A stretch of DNA of 57,738 bases, taken from positions 1 to 57,738 of the forward strand of contig JAXGPF010000017.1 of the NCBI GenBank assembly GCA_040767085.1. Reading direction: 5' to 3'. The notes below the pieces were generated by a model that searched no databases, was not told the origin of the DNA, and worked only from the letters and a program-made list of their open reading frames with translations. Shown here piece after piece: positions 10,069 through 20,906 of this stretch. Made by a program: the position numbers and the translations under genes. The stretch's first letter is position 1. Each line of letters begins with the position of its first letter. Origin of the DNA: Kiritimatiellia bacterium (GTDB taxonomy: Bacteria > Verrucomicrobiota > Kiritimatiellia > JAAZAB01).

Positions 10069-10803
10069 TCACGGCTGCGCGCAGGCCGGGCGCACTTCGA
10101 TAAACAAGCCGTTGGACAATTCCGGATAATCCTCGGCGAACTCGTCCATCGCATCCTTGACCGCCGGGGTTAAATTCAAGGCAGTCAATTGGCCGAGTGA
10201 AAAAGGCTTGAAAGCCAACCCGGCGATTTTTTCGATCCGCAGCCCCGTCTGACCGATTAGTTCCTTCCAATCGTCGTAAGTGCAGGACCGCTTGTGCCCG
10301 AAGGCCCGGTCAACCTCGGACAATTGCCGCAGGTCATCGAGCATGCCGGCGCGCTGCGCCAGCAACCGGTGCAGGGAAGACGCGCTGGGCACGCCAATGA
10401 ACATCCGGCCGTGCGGCGCCAGGAAACCCGCGTACTTGCGCAAGAGCGCCGCGGGATCGTCCACATGTTCCAGCACGGCGCAGACGCCGACATGGTCAAA
10501 CTTCTCGTCCGTCTCGAAATCCTCGAAATACGTCTGGATGACTTCCACGTTGGCATAGCGGCCGGCATATTGCCGGACCATTTCCGATGCTCCTTCGAGG
10601 ACCACTACCCGCTTGAAATGCGCGCGGATGCCGTCGAGGGTAATCCCATGGCCGATGCCCAACTCCAGGAAATTCCCGGAACTGATCTTGCGGGTCACGC
10701 AAAAATGCAGGTAGCGCCGCAAGGCGCGTTCGTATTCTTCGTAAAACGGCCCGCCATTGTAGGCGGCCGTGTATTGGTTCAAGTCTTCTTTGGACGGCAT
10801 CAT
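10069..10803 (-). CDS. Class I SAM-dependent methyltransferase
   Basis: LELGIGHG, VLEHVDDP, VPSASSLHR. Confidence 0.85.
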   Translation of the reverse strand: MMPSKEDLNQYTAAYNGGPFYEEYERALRRYLHFCVTRKISSGNFLELGIGHGITLDGIRAHFKRVVVLEGASEMVRQYAGRYANVEVIQTYFEDFETDEKFDHVGVCAVLEHVDDPAALLRKYAGFLAPHGRMFIGVPSASSLHRLLAQRAGMLDDLRQLSEVDRAFGHKRSCTYDDWKELIGQTGLRIEKIAGLAFKPFSLGQLTALNLTPAVKDAMDEFAEDYPELSNGLFIEVRPACAQP

Positions 10804-10972
10804 TCGCGCTCCCCGGCGATTCCTGCGGCCCCAGCGCACGGCGCAATGCCGGCCGGACGGCGCCGCATGGTCAAACCGGCATGGCGCAATGCTTATCACA
10901 ACGCCAGCCCAGTTGTCAAACGGGAAGTGCCGGAAACACGCGCCGCGGAATAGGCGGACACGGAATTCAGGT

Positions 10973-13786
10973 TCAATGCACGGTCAACGTGTTGACGCTA
11001 TACCAGGTGTTTGCGGCATCCAGGACGCCGTCGGGGGCATCCACCCCGAAATAAAATGCATAAACGCCGGGAGGCGCGCCGGTAACACTGAATATTTCCC
11101 GGGCGGGCATCTCCTTCAACGGGCCATGGTGCGCGGGCGCCAACCGCCCGTCCGGGGATAAGCGCCACTGGCCGGCGGCATCGAGATAATACCAGCCGCC
11201 CGGCGCGTGCATCACGATCCACCAGTCGGCCTCGCAGCCCTCATAAACGCCGGGACACAGTTCCACCGCCAGTGTGCAAGTCTCGTCCGCCATAATTTCC
11301 ACCGGCAGCCGGGATCCGTTCACCAGGACGCACGGGCCGGCATCCGCCGCCCAACCGGTCGCGACGGTGCTGTACACGGTCCGGCCGGATGCATTAGCGG
11401 CCCGGACCCAGAAATAGCACAGGCGGCCGGCGGGCGCGTTCTCAACCCAATATTCCGACCCGGCGGTTTCCGCCAGAAGCATGGACTGGACCGGCTGGTC
11501 AGCCAGCGCGCCCCAGATGGTATACACGGCGGCGCCGGGCGCCGGCGTCCATGCCACCTTGATCCGGCCGGGGTACTCGCCCTGGCTGGCGGCAGCATGG
11601 ATACATGCCAGCCGTGCCGGGACGCCCGGCACCTGGCCGGCCAGGTCTTCCCAGGCAAAGCCGCCGTCCACGGCACTGACGCGGTAAAAATCAAAGGTGC
11701 CGTCGGACCGATCGTCGGCGTCATTGAAGGCGATCGGGCCCGTGCATCCCCGGCAAAGGCCGGCGGCCGCCTTGATCCGCGCCTTCAACTCCGGCAGGGT
11801 CTGGGAGCTGCCGTATTCCTGCAGCACCCTGGCGGCAATGGTCAAGCCATCGTAAGCGGCCATGGGATAATAACGCACCGCGACACCGCCGGTTTCCGTT
11901 GCGATCCGGGCCGCGACCGCGCCATATAACGGATTAGTAAAACTGCCGGCAATGGAACAGGTATAACGCGTAAGCGCGGCGAACTCCGCCGCCGGCGCGT
12001 TCTGCAGCAGCGCGTTATTCTGGGCCATGCCGTCGGTGCCATACCAGCGGACCGCGCCGAGCGGCGCATGAGCGGCGGCGGCGCCCAGCGCATCAATCCC
12101 CTCGTCAAATAGAATTGTGACCACCCCCACCCGCTGTGCGCCGCATTCCGCGATGCGGGCGGCCACCTGGTCCGCCATATTGGAAACGACTTCCGGAATG
12201 AACGCCAGGGCGCGCGGGCAGTAATTCGAGGCGAAAACCGCGCCGCCGCGGGCGGCATGCTCGCGGATCAAGGCGTCCATGAAACCCTCGCCGTAAATAT
12301 CCGTCCGGGCCAGGATGGCGATGTCCGTTATGCCGTCGCGCGCCATCATATCCGCCAGGGCCGCCGCCTGCTCGGCGTCAGCCGGCGCCAGGCGCAGGAG
12401 GTTGTCTTCCGGCAAAGCCAGCGGCACGGCGGTCGAGGAACTGGAAATCAGCAACATGCCGTTGGCATCGGCGAACATCTTCAGAATCCGGCATTCTTCG
12501 CTCGATTCCGGTCCGAACACAATACGGCAACCGCGGGCGTGCAAGTCCTGGAGCGCGTCAAACGCGACGCCGGCGTCCGTCCGGGTATCGGACACGATCA
12601 GCCGCAGGCGGGGCATGCCGGGCTGATTGGTGATGGTCTGCAGCGCCTGGCGCAAAGCGGATTGATACGCCAAGCCGATATCCGCCAGGTCGCCAGTCAG
12701 CGGCAGCAGCGCGCCGATCAGGATTGCGCCATCTGCATCCGCGTCCGCCCGGGGTTGCGGTCGGGGGCCGGTTGCCGCCATATCCGCCCGCGCCGCCCCG
12801 GCGGCGCCGAAACCGCCGCCGGCGACATACATCGCCACCGAGCAGGACATATCGTAGGGATACCAGTTTTCATATCCGGCCATGACCGCGCTGTTCAGCG
12901 GGCGGAAGACATCGTTGAGGAAATACATGGTCTGGCCCCAGCGCAGCGAGGTGGAAACCAGCGAATAATATTCGCCGCTGGAGGGTCCCGCCATGAGCCG
13001 CAGCATCACCACCTCGCCCGTCGTGGAGCAGCCGGACAGGCTGAAGCCGCGGTACGAGCAGACGCCGCGGTAAGCCTGGTAATTATAGCGGTCGCGCAGC
13101 AGGTTCATCCGGTAGCAATCGCCGTAACCGTTGGTCATCACCAGGGAGTAAGCGTTCTTATCCGGCGCAGCCGCCCCGGCGCGGCCGAACATGGCATAGC
13201 GGTCGTCCGGCGACGCCAGGCCAAACACGGAATGCGCCAGTAAATCCGGCTGGTAATAAACCGGCGGCATCCCGTAACCGCCGGCGCTGATGTACATCGC
13301 CACCGAGCAGGACATATCGTAGGGATACCAGTTTTCATATCCGGCCATGACCTCGTTGTTCAGCGGGCGAAAGACATCGTTCAGGACATAAATCGTGGTG
13401 CCCCAGCGCAGCGAAGTGGAAAGCAGGGAAAAATGTTCGCCGAAAGAGGGCGTCGCCGTCATCCGCAGCATCACCACATCGCCCGTCGTGGAGCAGCCGG
13501 ACAAGCTGAAGCCGCGGTACGAGCAGATGCCGCGGTAAGCCTGGTAATTATACCGGTCGCGCAGCAGGTTCATCCGGTAGCAATCGCCGTAACCGTTGGT
13601 CATCACCAGGGAATACGCGCCCCTGGCTGGAGCATCCGTGGCCGGCGACCGGGGCGTTGGTATTTCGGCGCGCGCGGCGGGTAAAACACCCAACCCCGCT
13701 ACCGCCAGCAGCATCGCCATTGCCGCGCGGCGGTCCAGGCCATACGCGCGCGCAGCAGTTCGGACATACAATCGGCATGCATACAT
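10973..13786 (-). CDS. Large exported multidomain protein: two repeats of an unknown domain + type I periplasmic-binding (LivJ-like) domain + FN3-like domain + C-terminal domain
   Basis: Signal-peptide-like N-terminus (..PAARA), IGALLPLTG, FGPESS, YGTDG, TGPIAFNDADDR; YFWVRAAN; true start uncertain. Confidence 0.75.
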   Translation of the reverse strand: MYACRLYVRTAARAYGLDRRAAMAMLLAVAGLGVLPAARAEIPTPRSPATDAPARGAYSLVMTNGYGDCYRMNLLRDRYNYQAYRGICSYRGFSLSGCSTTGDVVMLRMTATPSFGEHFSLLSTSLRWGTTIYVLNDVFRPLNNEVMAGYENWYPYDMSCSVAMYISAGGYGMPPVYYQPDLLAHSVFGLASPDDRYAMFGRAGAAAPDKNAYSLVMTNGYGDCYRMNLLRDRYNYQAYRGVCSYRGFSLSGCSTTGEVVMLRLMAGPSSGEYYSLVSTSLRWGQTMYFLNDVFRPLNSAVMAGYENWYPYDMSCSVAMYVAGGGFGAAGAARADMAATGPRPQPRADADADGAILIGALLPLTGDLADIGLAYQSALRQALQTITNQPGMPRLRLIVSDTRTDAGVAFDALQDLHARGCRIVFGPESSEECRILKMFADANGMLLISSSSTAVPLALPEDNLLRLAPADAEQAAALADMMARDGITDIAILARTDIYGEGFMDALIREHAARGGAVFASNYCPRALAFIPEVVSNMADQVAARIAECGAQRVGVVTILFDEGIDALGAAAAHAPLGAVRWYGTDGMAQNNALLQNAPAAEFAALTRYTCSIAGSFTNPLYGAVAARIATETGGVAVRYYPMAAYDGLTIAARVLQEYGSSQTLPELKARIKAAAGLCRGCTGPIAFNDADDRSDGTFDFYRVSAVDGGFAWEDLAGQVPGVPARLACIHAAASQGEYPGRIKVAWTPAPGAAVYTIWGALADQPVQSMLLAETAGSEYWVENAPAGRLCYFWVRAANASGRTVYSTVATGWAADAGPCVLVNGSRLPVEIMADETCTLAVELCPGVYEGCEADWWIVMHAPGGWYYLDAAGQWRLSPDGRLAPAHHGPLKEMPAREIFSVTGAPPGVYAFYFGVDAPDGVLDAANTWYSVNTLTVH
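12810..13620 (-). repeat. Intragenic domain duplication, 465-bp period
   Basis: AYSLVMTNGYGDCYRMNLLRDRYNYQAYRG...YENWYPYDMSCSVAMY occurs twice with high DNA identity. Confidence 0.92.
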
Positions 13787-13937
13787 GACGCAATTCTCCA
13801 GAATTCCACGGGCGGCTTGCGCCCGCGCCGTGCGGCGCGGCCAGGGGAATAAGCCATCCCATACCTTCTCATTACGCGCTGATCATAATGATTGGTTTCC
13901 ACCTCTTCAAGCATGAAATCTTGCGCCCTCAGGCGCG

Positions 13938-14165
13938 CAGGGCTGCGTCATGCTCCCGCGCCTTGCGCGCCGTTCCGGATCAGAAGCGGCCAAGGGACCC
14001 AGGCTTTGCCAAGGCTACGCTGGGCAAGCTGGCCGCCCTACCATCGGAGCAGAAGCGGCCAAGGGACCCAGGCTTTGCCAAGGCTATGCCCGGCGAAGCC
14101 CGGCTTTGCCGGACTCAGCCGGCAAGCAGCACCGAGCCGTTTTTTCCGAGAATGACGCAGCCCTG
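13938..14165. mobile_element. MITE-like element (228 bp), 18-bp TIR, 9-bp TSD, inserted at the lnt stop codon
   Basis: cagggctgcgtcatgctc / gagaatgacgcagccctg (1 mismatch); tcaggcgcg at 13929-13937 and 14166-14174; internal 69-bp-period duplication. Confidence 0.85.
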
Positions 14166-15749
14166 TCAGGCGCGGCGGCGCCAGGCCGCGGCCAGGCTGG
14201 CCAGGGTGAAACACACGCAGCCCCAGGCGAACCAATCTCCGTAACGGGTGTAGAACGTCAGCGGCATGTCCGCCGGCGGAATGGCAACGCGCCGGCAGAT
14301 CGCCGCCGGCGGCGCGGGATGGCCGCCGACGGGCGGCAACTCGTCCATCACCCGGCCATAACGATCGATAAAACAGGTAATGCCGGTATTAGCGGCGCGC
14401 ACGGCCGGCGTCCGGTTTTCAATGCAACGGAAAACGCAATGCGCCATATGCTGGCGCGCGCCCGCCAGCGGATCGAACCAGGCGTCGTTAGTCTGGTTCA
14501 CCAGCAAGCGGCCGCCCCGGCGCACGGAAGCGCGCGCCAGTGCCGGCATGATATCCTCGAAACAGATCAAGGGGGCCAGCGCCGCTCCGCCCGCCAGGCG
14601 GAAGACCGTCGCTTCCGCGCCCGGGGTAAAACTGTCGGTCACCGGCGTAAAGCGCCGCAGCCACGCCATCCAGCGTTCCAGGGGGACATATTCGCCGAAC
14701 ATCACCAGGCGGCGCTTGGCATAAAATTTTTCCAGGTTGCCCGGCGCGGTCAGCAGGAAAGAAGAATTATAATACTGCACCCCGCCGTCGCGTTCGGCCC
14801 AGTCCATCGAACCGGCGACAATCGGCACGCCGTTGGTCAGGAGGCGCGACAACATATCCGCCGCCAGGACGCTGCCGCGGAAAAAATCGGGCATGACGGT
14901 TTCCGGCCAGACCACCAGGTCCGGTGCGGCCTGCCGCAGCAGGTCCGCGGTGGCCTGCTCCAGTTTCCGGTAGATTGCTTCCGTCCAGCTTTCATCCCAC
15001 TTCAACTGCTGCGGGATATTCAACTGCACCAGGGCGATCCGCGGCGCCGGACCCTGTGCGGACGCCGGCCCGCGGTAAGGCGCCGCCGCCGCGTATGATC
15101 CGGCCAGCAGGCCGGCCAGCAGGCCGGCCGCCAGCGCCGGCAGCCACCAGCGCCGCCGCGGCGGCGGATGGGCCAGGCACAATGCGAGCAAGGCGGCGGC
15201 GCCGGCCATGATGAACGACACAGCATACACACCGCCCCAGGCGGCCGCCTGCAGCAAACCCGGGCGGGCATATTGGCTGACCGCCAGGAGGTTCCAGGGA
15301 AAACCCGTGAACAGGCGGGCGCGCAAAAACTCCAGGGCAACCCAAAGCGCCGCCAGCCCCAGGGCCGGCAGAATATACCCGGGCGCGGTATCCGGCCGCC
15401 GCCAATGCCGCAACAGGAAGGCCGCCGCGGCGGCGAAAGCGGCCAGGTAGGCGGCGCAATACAGGCTGACCGCCGCCCAGCCGGCCCAGGACACGCGCGT
15501 CAGCCAGAATAGGGAAAGCAGCCAGGCGACCGCGCCAGCCAGCAAGCCCTGGCGCGCCGCGGCGGCGGGCGGCAGATGGATACAGAGCGCCAGCAACGGA
15601 AGCAACGCCGTCCAACCAGCCCAATCCCAGCCCAACGGCGGGAAGGCGGCGAACAGCAGAAACCCGGTCAGGGCGCTGCCGAGGCATGGGCGCCGGAGTG
15701 CGCTCCCGCCGCGCCACTCCGGGAGGTATGGCTTTGCAGGAAAGTGCAT
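14166..15749 (-). CDS. lnt: Apolipoprotein N-acyltransferase
   Basis: FTGFPW, QLNI, VWPET, YYNS, K..LVMFGEYVP, ICFE, TNDAWF, RAANTG. Confidence 0.93.
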   Translation of the reverse strand: MHFPAKPYLPEWRGGSALRRPCLGSALTGFLLFAAFPPLGWDWAGWTALLPLLALCIHLPPAAAARQGLLAGAVAWLLSLFWLTRVSWAGWAAVSLYCAAYLAAFAAAAAFLLRHWRRPDTAPGYILPALGLAALWVALEFLRARLFTGFPWNLLAVSQYARPGLLQAAAWGGVYAVSFIMAGAAALLALCLAHPPPRRRWWLPALAAGLLAGLLAGSYAAAAPYRGPASAQGPAPRIALVQLNIPQQLKWDESWTEAIYRKLEQATADLLRQAAPDLVVWPETVMPDFFRGSVLAADMLSRLLTNGVPIVAGSMDWAERDGGVQYYNSSFLLTAPGNLEKFYAKRRLVMFGEYVPLERWMAWLRRFTPVTDSFTPGAEATVFRLAGGAALAPLICFEDIMPALARASVRRGGRLLVNQTNDAWFDPLAGARQHMAHCVFRCIENRTPAVRAANTGITCFIDRYGRVMDELPPVGGHPAPPAAICRRVAIPPADMPLTFYTRYGDWFAWGCVCFTLASLAAAWRRRA

Positions 15750-15797
15750 GGGATGAATGCATCCGCGGCGCGGCAGCAGCACTGCCGGCAACGGCGA

Positions 15798-18700
15798 TCA
15801 CGCGCCGCAACATTTTTTGTATTTCTTACCGCTGCCGCACGGACAGGGATCGTTGCGCCCCACCTTGGGCTCGGCGCGCTGCACCGGGACCGGCGCTGGG
15901 CGCGCCGGGCGCCGGCCCGGCGCGCCTCCGCCGCCGGCGCGCGGCGCGTCGCCGTCAGCCAGGCCGGGCAGCGACTGGTGCACCGCCTGCGCGCGCGGCA
16001 GGGTGGCCAGCAGGCGTTCGTAGGCTGGCAGCGAGGTAGTCGAACGGAACATGCGCATGACTACTTCGTTCTTGATCGAATCCATGAGGGTGGAAAACAT
16101 GTTGAACGCTTCGCGCTTGTATTCCACCAGCGGATCGCTCTGGCCGTAGGCGCGCAATCCCACGCCCTGGCGCAGGTTGTCCATGCTGCGCAGGTATTCC
16201 TGCCAAAGCGTATCGATGGAGTGCAGCAGGATAAACCGCTCCATCATCGGCAGGGCCTGGGGATCCTCCACTTCCGCTTTCAGCTCATACGCCCGGCGCA
16301 CGCGTTCGTAAACCGTTCGGGCGGCCTGTTCGGCGTTCGCGGCGCCGGCCAGTTCCTCCGGACACAGACCGAGCGGAAAGGCGCCGTTGGCCCACTCCGC
16401 GAAACTGGCGGCGCGCTCGGGGTCCACCTTGTCGTCATCAAAGACTGCCGCGGCATGCGCTTCGATTACGTCGGCCACCAGGTCGTAAAGATGCTCGCGC
16501 ACTTCGCCCGAGCGCACGATCTCGCCCCGGAAGCTGTAAATCACTTCGCGCTGCTTGTTCATGACGTCGTCGTATTCCAGGGTGCGCTTGCGGATGGAAT
16601 AATTATGCTGCTCGACGCGTTTCTGGGCGGTTTCGATCGAACGGTTGAGCCAGGGATGCTGTAATTCCTGGCCCTCCTCCAACCCCAGCCGGCTCATGAT
16701 ATTGGCGATGCGGTCGGAGCCGAACAGGCGCATCAGGTCGTCTTCCAGGGAAACGTAAAACCGCGAGGAGCCGGGATCGCCCTGCCGCGCGCAACGGCCG
16801 CGCAACTGCCGGTCAATCCGCCGCGACTCGTGGCGCTCGGAGGCGATGACATGCAAGCCGCAAGGGCGCTCCCGCAGGACATCGCGCAGCCGCCGGTTTT
16901 CGTAATGCTCGTCCAGCGAAGACTGCGACAAGACCAGTTCGCGCGGCAGGTACACCACTCCTTCGCCCAGCTTGATGTCCGTGCCGCGGCCGGCCATGTT
17001 GGTGGCGATGGTGACGGCGCCGGGCTGGCCGGCGCGCATGACGATTTCCGCCTCGCGCTCGTGGTTCTTGGCGTTGAGCACATTGTGCGGGATGTTTTCG
17101 CGTTTCAGCATCCGGCTGATCAACTCGGATGTTTCCACGGAGATGGTGCCGACCAGCACCGGCTGGCCGCGGACGTGGCATTCATTGATTTCATCGATCA
17201 CGGCCTTGAATTTTTCCCGGCGGGTGCGGTACACCACGTCGTTGAAATCAATGCGGCGCACCGGGCGGTTGGTGGGAATAACCATCACGTCAAGCTTGTA
17301 GATGTCCCGGAACTCGTTGGCCTCGGTTTCGGCCGTCCCGGTCATGCCGGACAGCTTGCCGTACATGCGGAAATAATTCTGAATTGTGATGGTCGCCAGG
17401 GTCTGGGTTTCGCGCTCGATTTTGACGCCTTCCTTGGCTTCCACCGCCTGGTGCAAACCGTCGCTCCAGCGGCGGCCCGGCAGAATCCGCCCGGTATATT
17501 CGTCCACGATCAGCACCTGGTTTTCCTGCACCACGTAGTTGACATCGCGTTCGTAGAGGCAGAAGGCCCGGATCAACTGGTCCACGCAGTGGATGCGTTC
17601 GCTTTTTTCCGCAAACGCCGCCTGGGCGCGCTGGCGCCGTTCCATTTTCTCCTGGGGCGACAAGCCGGTCTGGCCGTCAATTTCCGACATCTGCCCGATC
17701 AGGTCGGGAAAGACGTAAGCGTCCGGGTCGGACGGATTCAGGGTGTTGCAGCCTTTTTCTGTCAGGGTGGCGTCATGGCCGCGCTCGTCAATGGTAAAAT
17801 AAAGCTCCTCGCGCAGGGCGCGCGCCTGGTCCTTGCGCACTTCGGTCAGCATGGCGTTTTCGATCTGTTCCACCATCCGCCGCGTGTCGGCCTCCTCCAG
17901 CATGTGCAGCAGTTGCTTGTTCTTCGGCATGCCGTGCCGCACCTGGTAAAGGCGCAGCTTGGCCTGTTCGGTATCGCCGCGCTCGATGGCGGCGCGGGCT
18001 TCCTGCATGAACTGGTTGCATAACTCGCGCTGGCGGCGCACCAGCCGATCCACGCCGGGGGTCAATTCTGTGAACTGGTGATTATCCACGGGCGCCGGGC
18101 CGGAAATGATCAGCGGGGTCCGCGCTTCGTCGATCAGGATGCTGTCGATTTCATCCACGATGGCGTAAAAATGGCCGCGCTGCACCACGTCTTCCGCGGT
18201 ATGCGCCATACCGTTGTCGCGCAGGTAATCGAAGCCGAACTCGCTGTTGGTGCCGTAGGTGATATCGCAGGCATACTGGGCGCGCCGCTCGGCCTGGTTC
18301 ATCTGGTTCTGGATGCAGCCGACGGTCAGCCCGAGGTAGCGAAAGACCAACCCCATCCATTGCGAGTCGCGGCGCGCCAGGTAATCGTTCACCGTCACCA
18401 GGTGGACGTTCTTGTCTGTGAGGGCGTTGAGATACAAGGGCATCGTGGCCACGAGGGTCTTGCCCTCGCCAGTGGCCATCTCGGCGATTTTGCCATGGTG
18501 GAGGGCGATCCCGCCGATCAACTGGACATCGAAAGGCACCATGTCCCAGGTCATCTGGTGCCCGCACACTTCCGCCACCGTGCCCTGCAGCCGGCGGCAG
18601 GCGTTCTTGACGACGGCAAAGGCCTCGCAGAGCAAATCGTCCAGGGCCGCCCCGCGCGCCAGGCGGTCCTTGAATTCCGCCGTCTTGCCGCGCAGGTTTT

Positions 18701-18818
18701 CCTCGCTGAGCGATTGGTATTCAACCTCCAGGGCATTGATCCGCTCGACCAACGGGCGCAGTTTTTTCACATCCCGATGATGTTTGGTGCCAATTATTTT
18801 GTTGATAATCCAACGCAT
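15798..18818 (-). CDS. secA: Preprotein translocase subunit SecA
   Basis: [40 protein letters not shown]-terminal [18 protein letters not shown]. Confidence 0.98.
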   Translation of the reverse strand: MRWIINKIIGTKHHRDVKKLRPLVERINALEVEYQSLSEENLRGKTAEFKDRLARGAALDDLLCEAFAVVKNACRRLQGTVAEVCGHQMTWDMVPFDVQLIGGIALHHGKIAEMATGEGKTLVATMPLYLNALTDKNVHLVTVNDYLARRDSQWMGLVFRYLGLTVGCIQNQMNQAERRAQYACDITYGTNSEFGFDYLRDNGMAHTAEDVVQRGHFYAIVDEIDSILIDEARTPLIISGPAPVDNHQFTELTPGVDRLVRRQRELCNQFMQEARAAIERGDTEQAKLRLYQVRHGMPKNKQLLHMLEEADTRRMVEQIENAMLTEVRKDQARALREELYFTIDERGHDATLTEKGCNTLNPSDPDAYVFPDLIGQMSEIDGQTGLSPQEKMERRQRAQAAFAEKSERIHCVDQLIRAFCLYERDVNYVVQENQVLIVDEYTGRILPGRRWSDGLHQAVEAKEGVKIERETQTLATITIQNYFRMYGKLSGMTGTAETEANEFRDIYKLDVMVIPTNRPVRRIDFNDVVYRTRREKFKAVIDEINECHVRGQPVLVGTISVETSELISRMLKRENIPHNVLNAKNHEREAEIVMRAGQPGAVTIATNMAGRGTDIKLGEGVVYLPRELVLSQSSLDEHYENRRLRDVLRERPCGLHVIASERHESRRIDRQLRGRCARQGDPGSSRFYVSLEDDLMRLFGSDRIANIMSRLGLEEGQELQHPWLNRSIETAQKRVEQHNYSIRKRTLEYDDVMNKQREVIYSFRGEIVRSGEVREHLYDLVADVIEAHAAAVFDDDKVDPERAASFAEWANGAFPLGLCPEELAGAANAEQAARTVYERVRRAYELKAEVEDPQALPMMERFILLHSIDTLWQEYLRSMDNLRQGVGLRAYGQSDPLVEYKREAFNMFSTLMDSIKNEVVMRMFRSTTSLPAYERLLATLPRAQAVHQSLPGLADGDAPRAGGGGAPGRRPARPAPVPVQRAEPKVGRNDPCPCGSGKKYKKCCGA

Positions 18819-18826
18819 ATCCGGTT

Positions 18827-18855
18827 ACTGTATCAAAGCCTTGTGTTTTTGTCAA
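18827..18855 (-). promoter_or_regulatory. Putative sigma70 promoter of secA
   Basis: Minus strand TTGACA-17 nt-TACAGT ending 8 nt before the ATG. Confidence 0.55.
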
Positions 18856-18882
18856 AATTTGTTCCCGCACCCGGAGGACATT

Positions 18883-19623
18883 ATGCCGCCCAACGCCGTT
18901 TTGCCTGATGGGCCCCAACTGATCGTCGCCCTGGATTTGCCGGCCGCCGGCCCTCTGCCGGATTTATTGCGCCGGCTGCCGGCGGCGGTCGCCTATTTCA
19001 AAATCGGCCTGGAATTATTCATCGCCGACGGCCCGGCGGCGCTGGCCGCGCTCCGCGCGGCGCGCAAGAATGTGTTCCTGGATTTGAAACTGCACGATAT
19101 TCCCAATACCGTCCGGCGCGCCGTGAACGCGGCCGCCCGCCATGAGATCGCCATGCTGACGCTGCACGCCGGCGGCGGCCGGGCCATGCTGGCGGCGGCG
19201 GCGGAAGCGGCCCGGGCATGCGGGCCGCGCGCGCCGCTGCTGCTGGGCGTCACTACGCTCACCAGCCTGAACGCCGCCGACCTGGCGGAAATCGGCATCG
19301 CCCGCAATCTCGAGGCGCAGGCGCTGGCGCTGGGCGCGCTGGCCGCTGACGCCGGCGTGGGCGGACTTGTGGCTTCGGTCCATGAAACCGCCATGCTTCG
19401 GCGGCGGTTCGGCGGCGCGCTGCGCATTGTCACGCCGGGTATCCGGCCCGCCGGCGCGGCGGCCCAGGACCAGCAGCGCATCGCCACGCCGGCGGCAGCC
19501 GTGGATGCCGGGGCGGATTTCCTGGTCGTGGGCCGTCCGATCCTGGAAGCGCCCGATCCAGGCGCCGCGGCCGAGACCATCCTGGCCGAAATTCAGGCCG
19601 CCAGCCGCGGCGGCGCGGCCTGA
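18883..19623 (+). CDS. pyrF: Orotidine-5'-phosphate decarboxylase
   Basis: LIVALD, KIGLEL, DLKLHDIPNTV, VTPGIRP, VVGRPI; GGAGG RBS. Confidence 0.96.
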   Translation: MPPNAVLPDGPQLIVALDLPAAGPLPDLLRRLPAAVAYFKIGLELFIADGPAALAALRAARKNVFLDLKLHDIPNTVRRAVNAAARHEIAMLTLHAGGGRAMLAAAAEAARACGPRAPLLLGVTTLTSLNAADLAEIGIARNLEAQALALGALAADAGVGGLVASVHETAMLRRRFGGALRIVTPGIRPAGAAAQDQQRIATPAAAVDAGADFLVVGRPILEAPDPGAAAETILAEIQAASRGGAA

Positions 19624-19633
19624 GGAAAACCCG

Positions 19634-19749
19634 CACGACTGCGTCATTCGCGGCGGCTCGCCCGTAGGTCTACCCACGACAAATGCTTATGAAACGGTAG
19701 GGCGAGGTCTCCGTACCGAGCCGTCTGTTCTGAGAATGACGCAGCCGTG
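19634..19749. mobile_element. MITE-like element (116 bp), same family as 13938-14165, 16-bp TIR, 10-bp TSD
   Basis: cacgactgcgtcattc / gaatgacgcagccgtg (1 mismatch); ggaaaacccg at 19624-19633 and 19750-19759; shared subterminal accgagccgt..gagaatgacgcagcc. Confidence 0.85.
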
Positions 19750-19844
19750 GGAAAACCCGGAGACCGGCCCGTATTTTGCTTGCCTTTGCGGAAAATATTC
19801 ATTATGGGAGAAGACATCACAACCAAGTTCGGCATGGCGCAACT

Positions 19845-20906
19845 ATGAAAAAAACATGTTTGGTTACCGGCTCTTCGGGATTGATCGGCTCGGAAGTCTG
19901 CGCATTTTTCCACGGCCGGGATTATGCGGTCCACGGCATTGACAACAACCAGCGCGCCGTTTTCTTCGGTCCCCAGGGCGACACGCGCTGGAACCAGCGG
20001 CGGCTCGCGCAGACGCTCGCCAACTTCCGCCACCATGAACTGGATATGCGCGACCGGCCGGGCATCCTGGCCCTGCTGCGCGAATTACGGCCCCAGGCGA
20101 TCATCCACACCGCCGCCCAGCCGTCGCACGACCGCGCCGCCGCCATCCCGTTCGACGACTTCGACACCAACGCCGTCGGCACGCTGAACCTGCTGGAAGC
20201 CGCGCGCCAGGCTTGTCCGGAAGCGCCCTTCATCCACATGTCCACCAACAAGGTGTACGGCGACCGCCCCAACACCATCCCCCTGAAGGAATTGCCCACC
20301 CGCTGGGAATATGCCGATCCCGCCTACGCGCATGGCATTGACGAAAACTTCCCGATTGACCAGTCGAAACACTCCCTGTTCGGCGCGTCCAAAGTCGCCG
20401 CCGACGTGCTGGTGCAGGAATACGGACGCTATTTCAACATGCCCACCTGCTGCCTGCGCGGCGGATGTCTGACCGGTCCGAACCACACCGGCGTGGAACT
20501 GCACGGCTTGCTGAGTTACCTGGTGAAATGCAATCTCGAAAACCGCGAATACCGGGTTTACGGCTACAAGGGCAAGCAGGTGCGGGACAACATCCACTCG
20601 GCCGACGTGGCGGCCTTCATGTTCGCCTTCGCGCAAAAGCCCCGTTGCGGCGAAGTTTACAACCTGGGCGGCGGCCGCGAAAATTCCTGCTCCATCCTGG
20701 AAGCGTTCGAACTGGCCGCCGCCGCCACCGGATGCCCTTCCCGTCATGTTTACGTGGATACGAACCGGATCGGCGATCATATCTGCTACTACAGCGACCT
20801 GCGCAAAATGCGGCGGCATTACCCGGACTGGTCGGTTGCCATTCCCCTGCCCCGCATCATCGATGAAATTGTCGCCGCCTGGCGGCAACGCCTGGCCTCG
20901 CCATGA
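19845..20906 (+). CDS. NAD-dependent epimerase/dehydratase (CDP-paratose 2-epimerase-like)
   Basis: [38 protein letters not shown]. Confidence 0.88.
   Translation: MKKTCLVTGSSGLIGSEVCAFFHGRDYAVHGIDNNQRAVFFGPQGDTRWNQRRLAQTLANFRHHELDMRDRPGILALLRELRPQAIIHTAAQPSHDRAAAIPFDDFDTNAVGTLNLLEAARQACPEAPFIHMSTNKVYGDRPNTIPLKELPTRWEYADPAYAHGIDENFPIDQSKHSLFGASKVAADVLVQEYGRYFNMPTCCLRGGCLTGPNHTGVELHGLLSYLVKCNLENREYRVYGYKGKQVRDNIHSADVAAFMFAFAQKPRCGEVYNLGGGRENSCSILEAFELAAAATGCPSRHVYVDTNRIGDHICYYSDLRKMRRHYPDWSVAIPLPRIIDEIVAAWRQRLASP

Noticed and set aside
12810-13620. DGR template/variable repeat pair
   Set aside because: Both copies are in frame in one gene, differences are not adenine-specific, and no reverse transcriptase is present.
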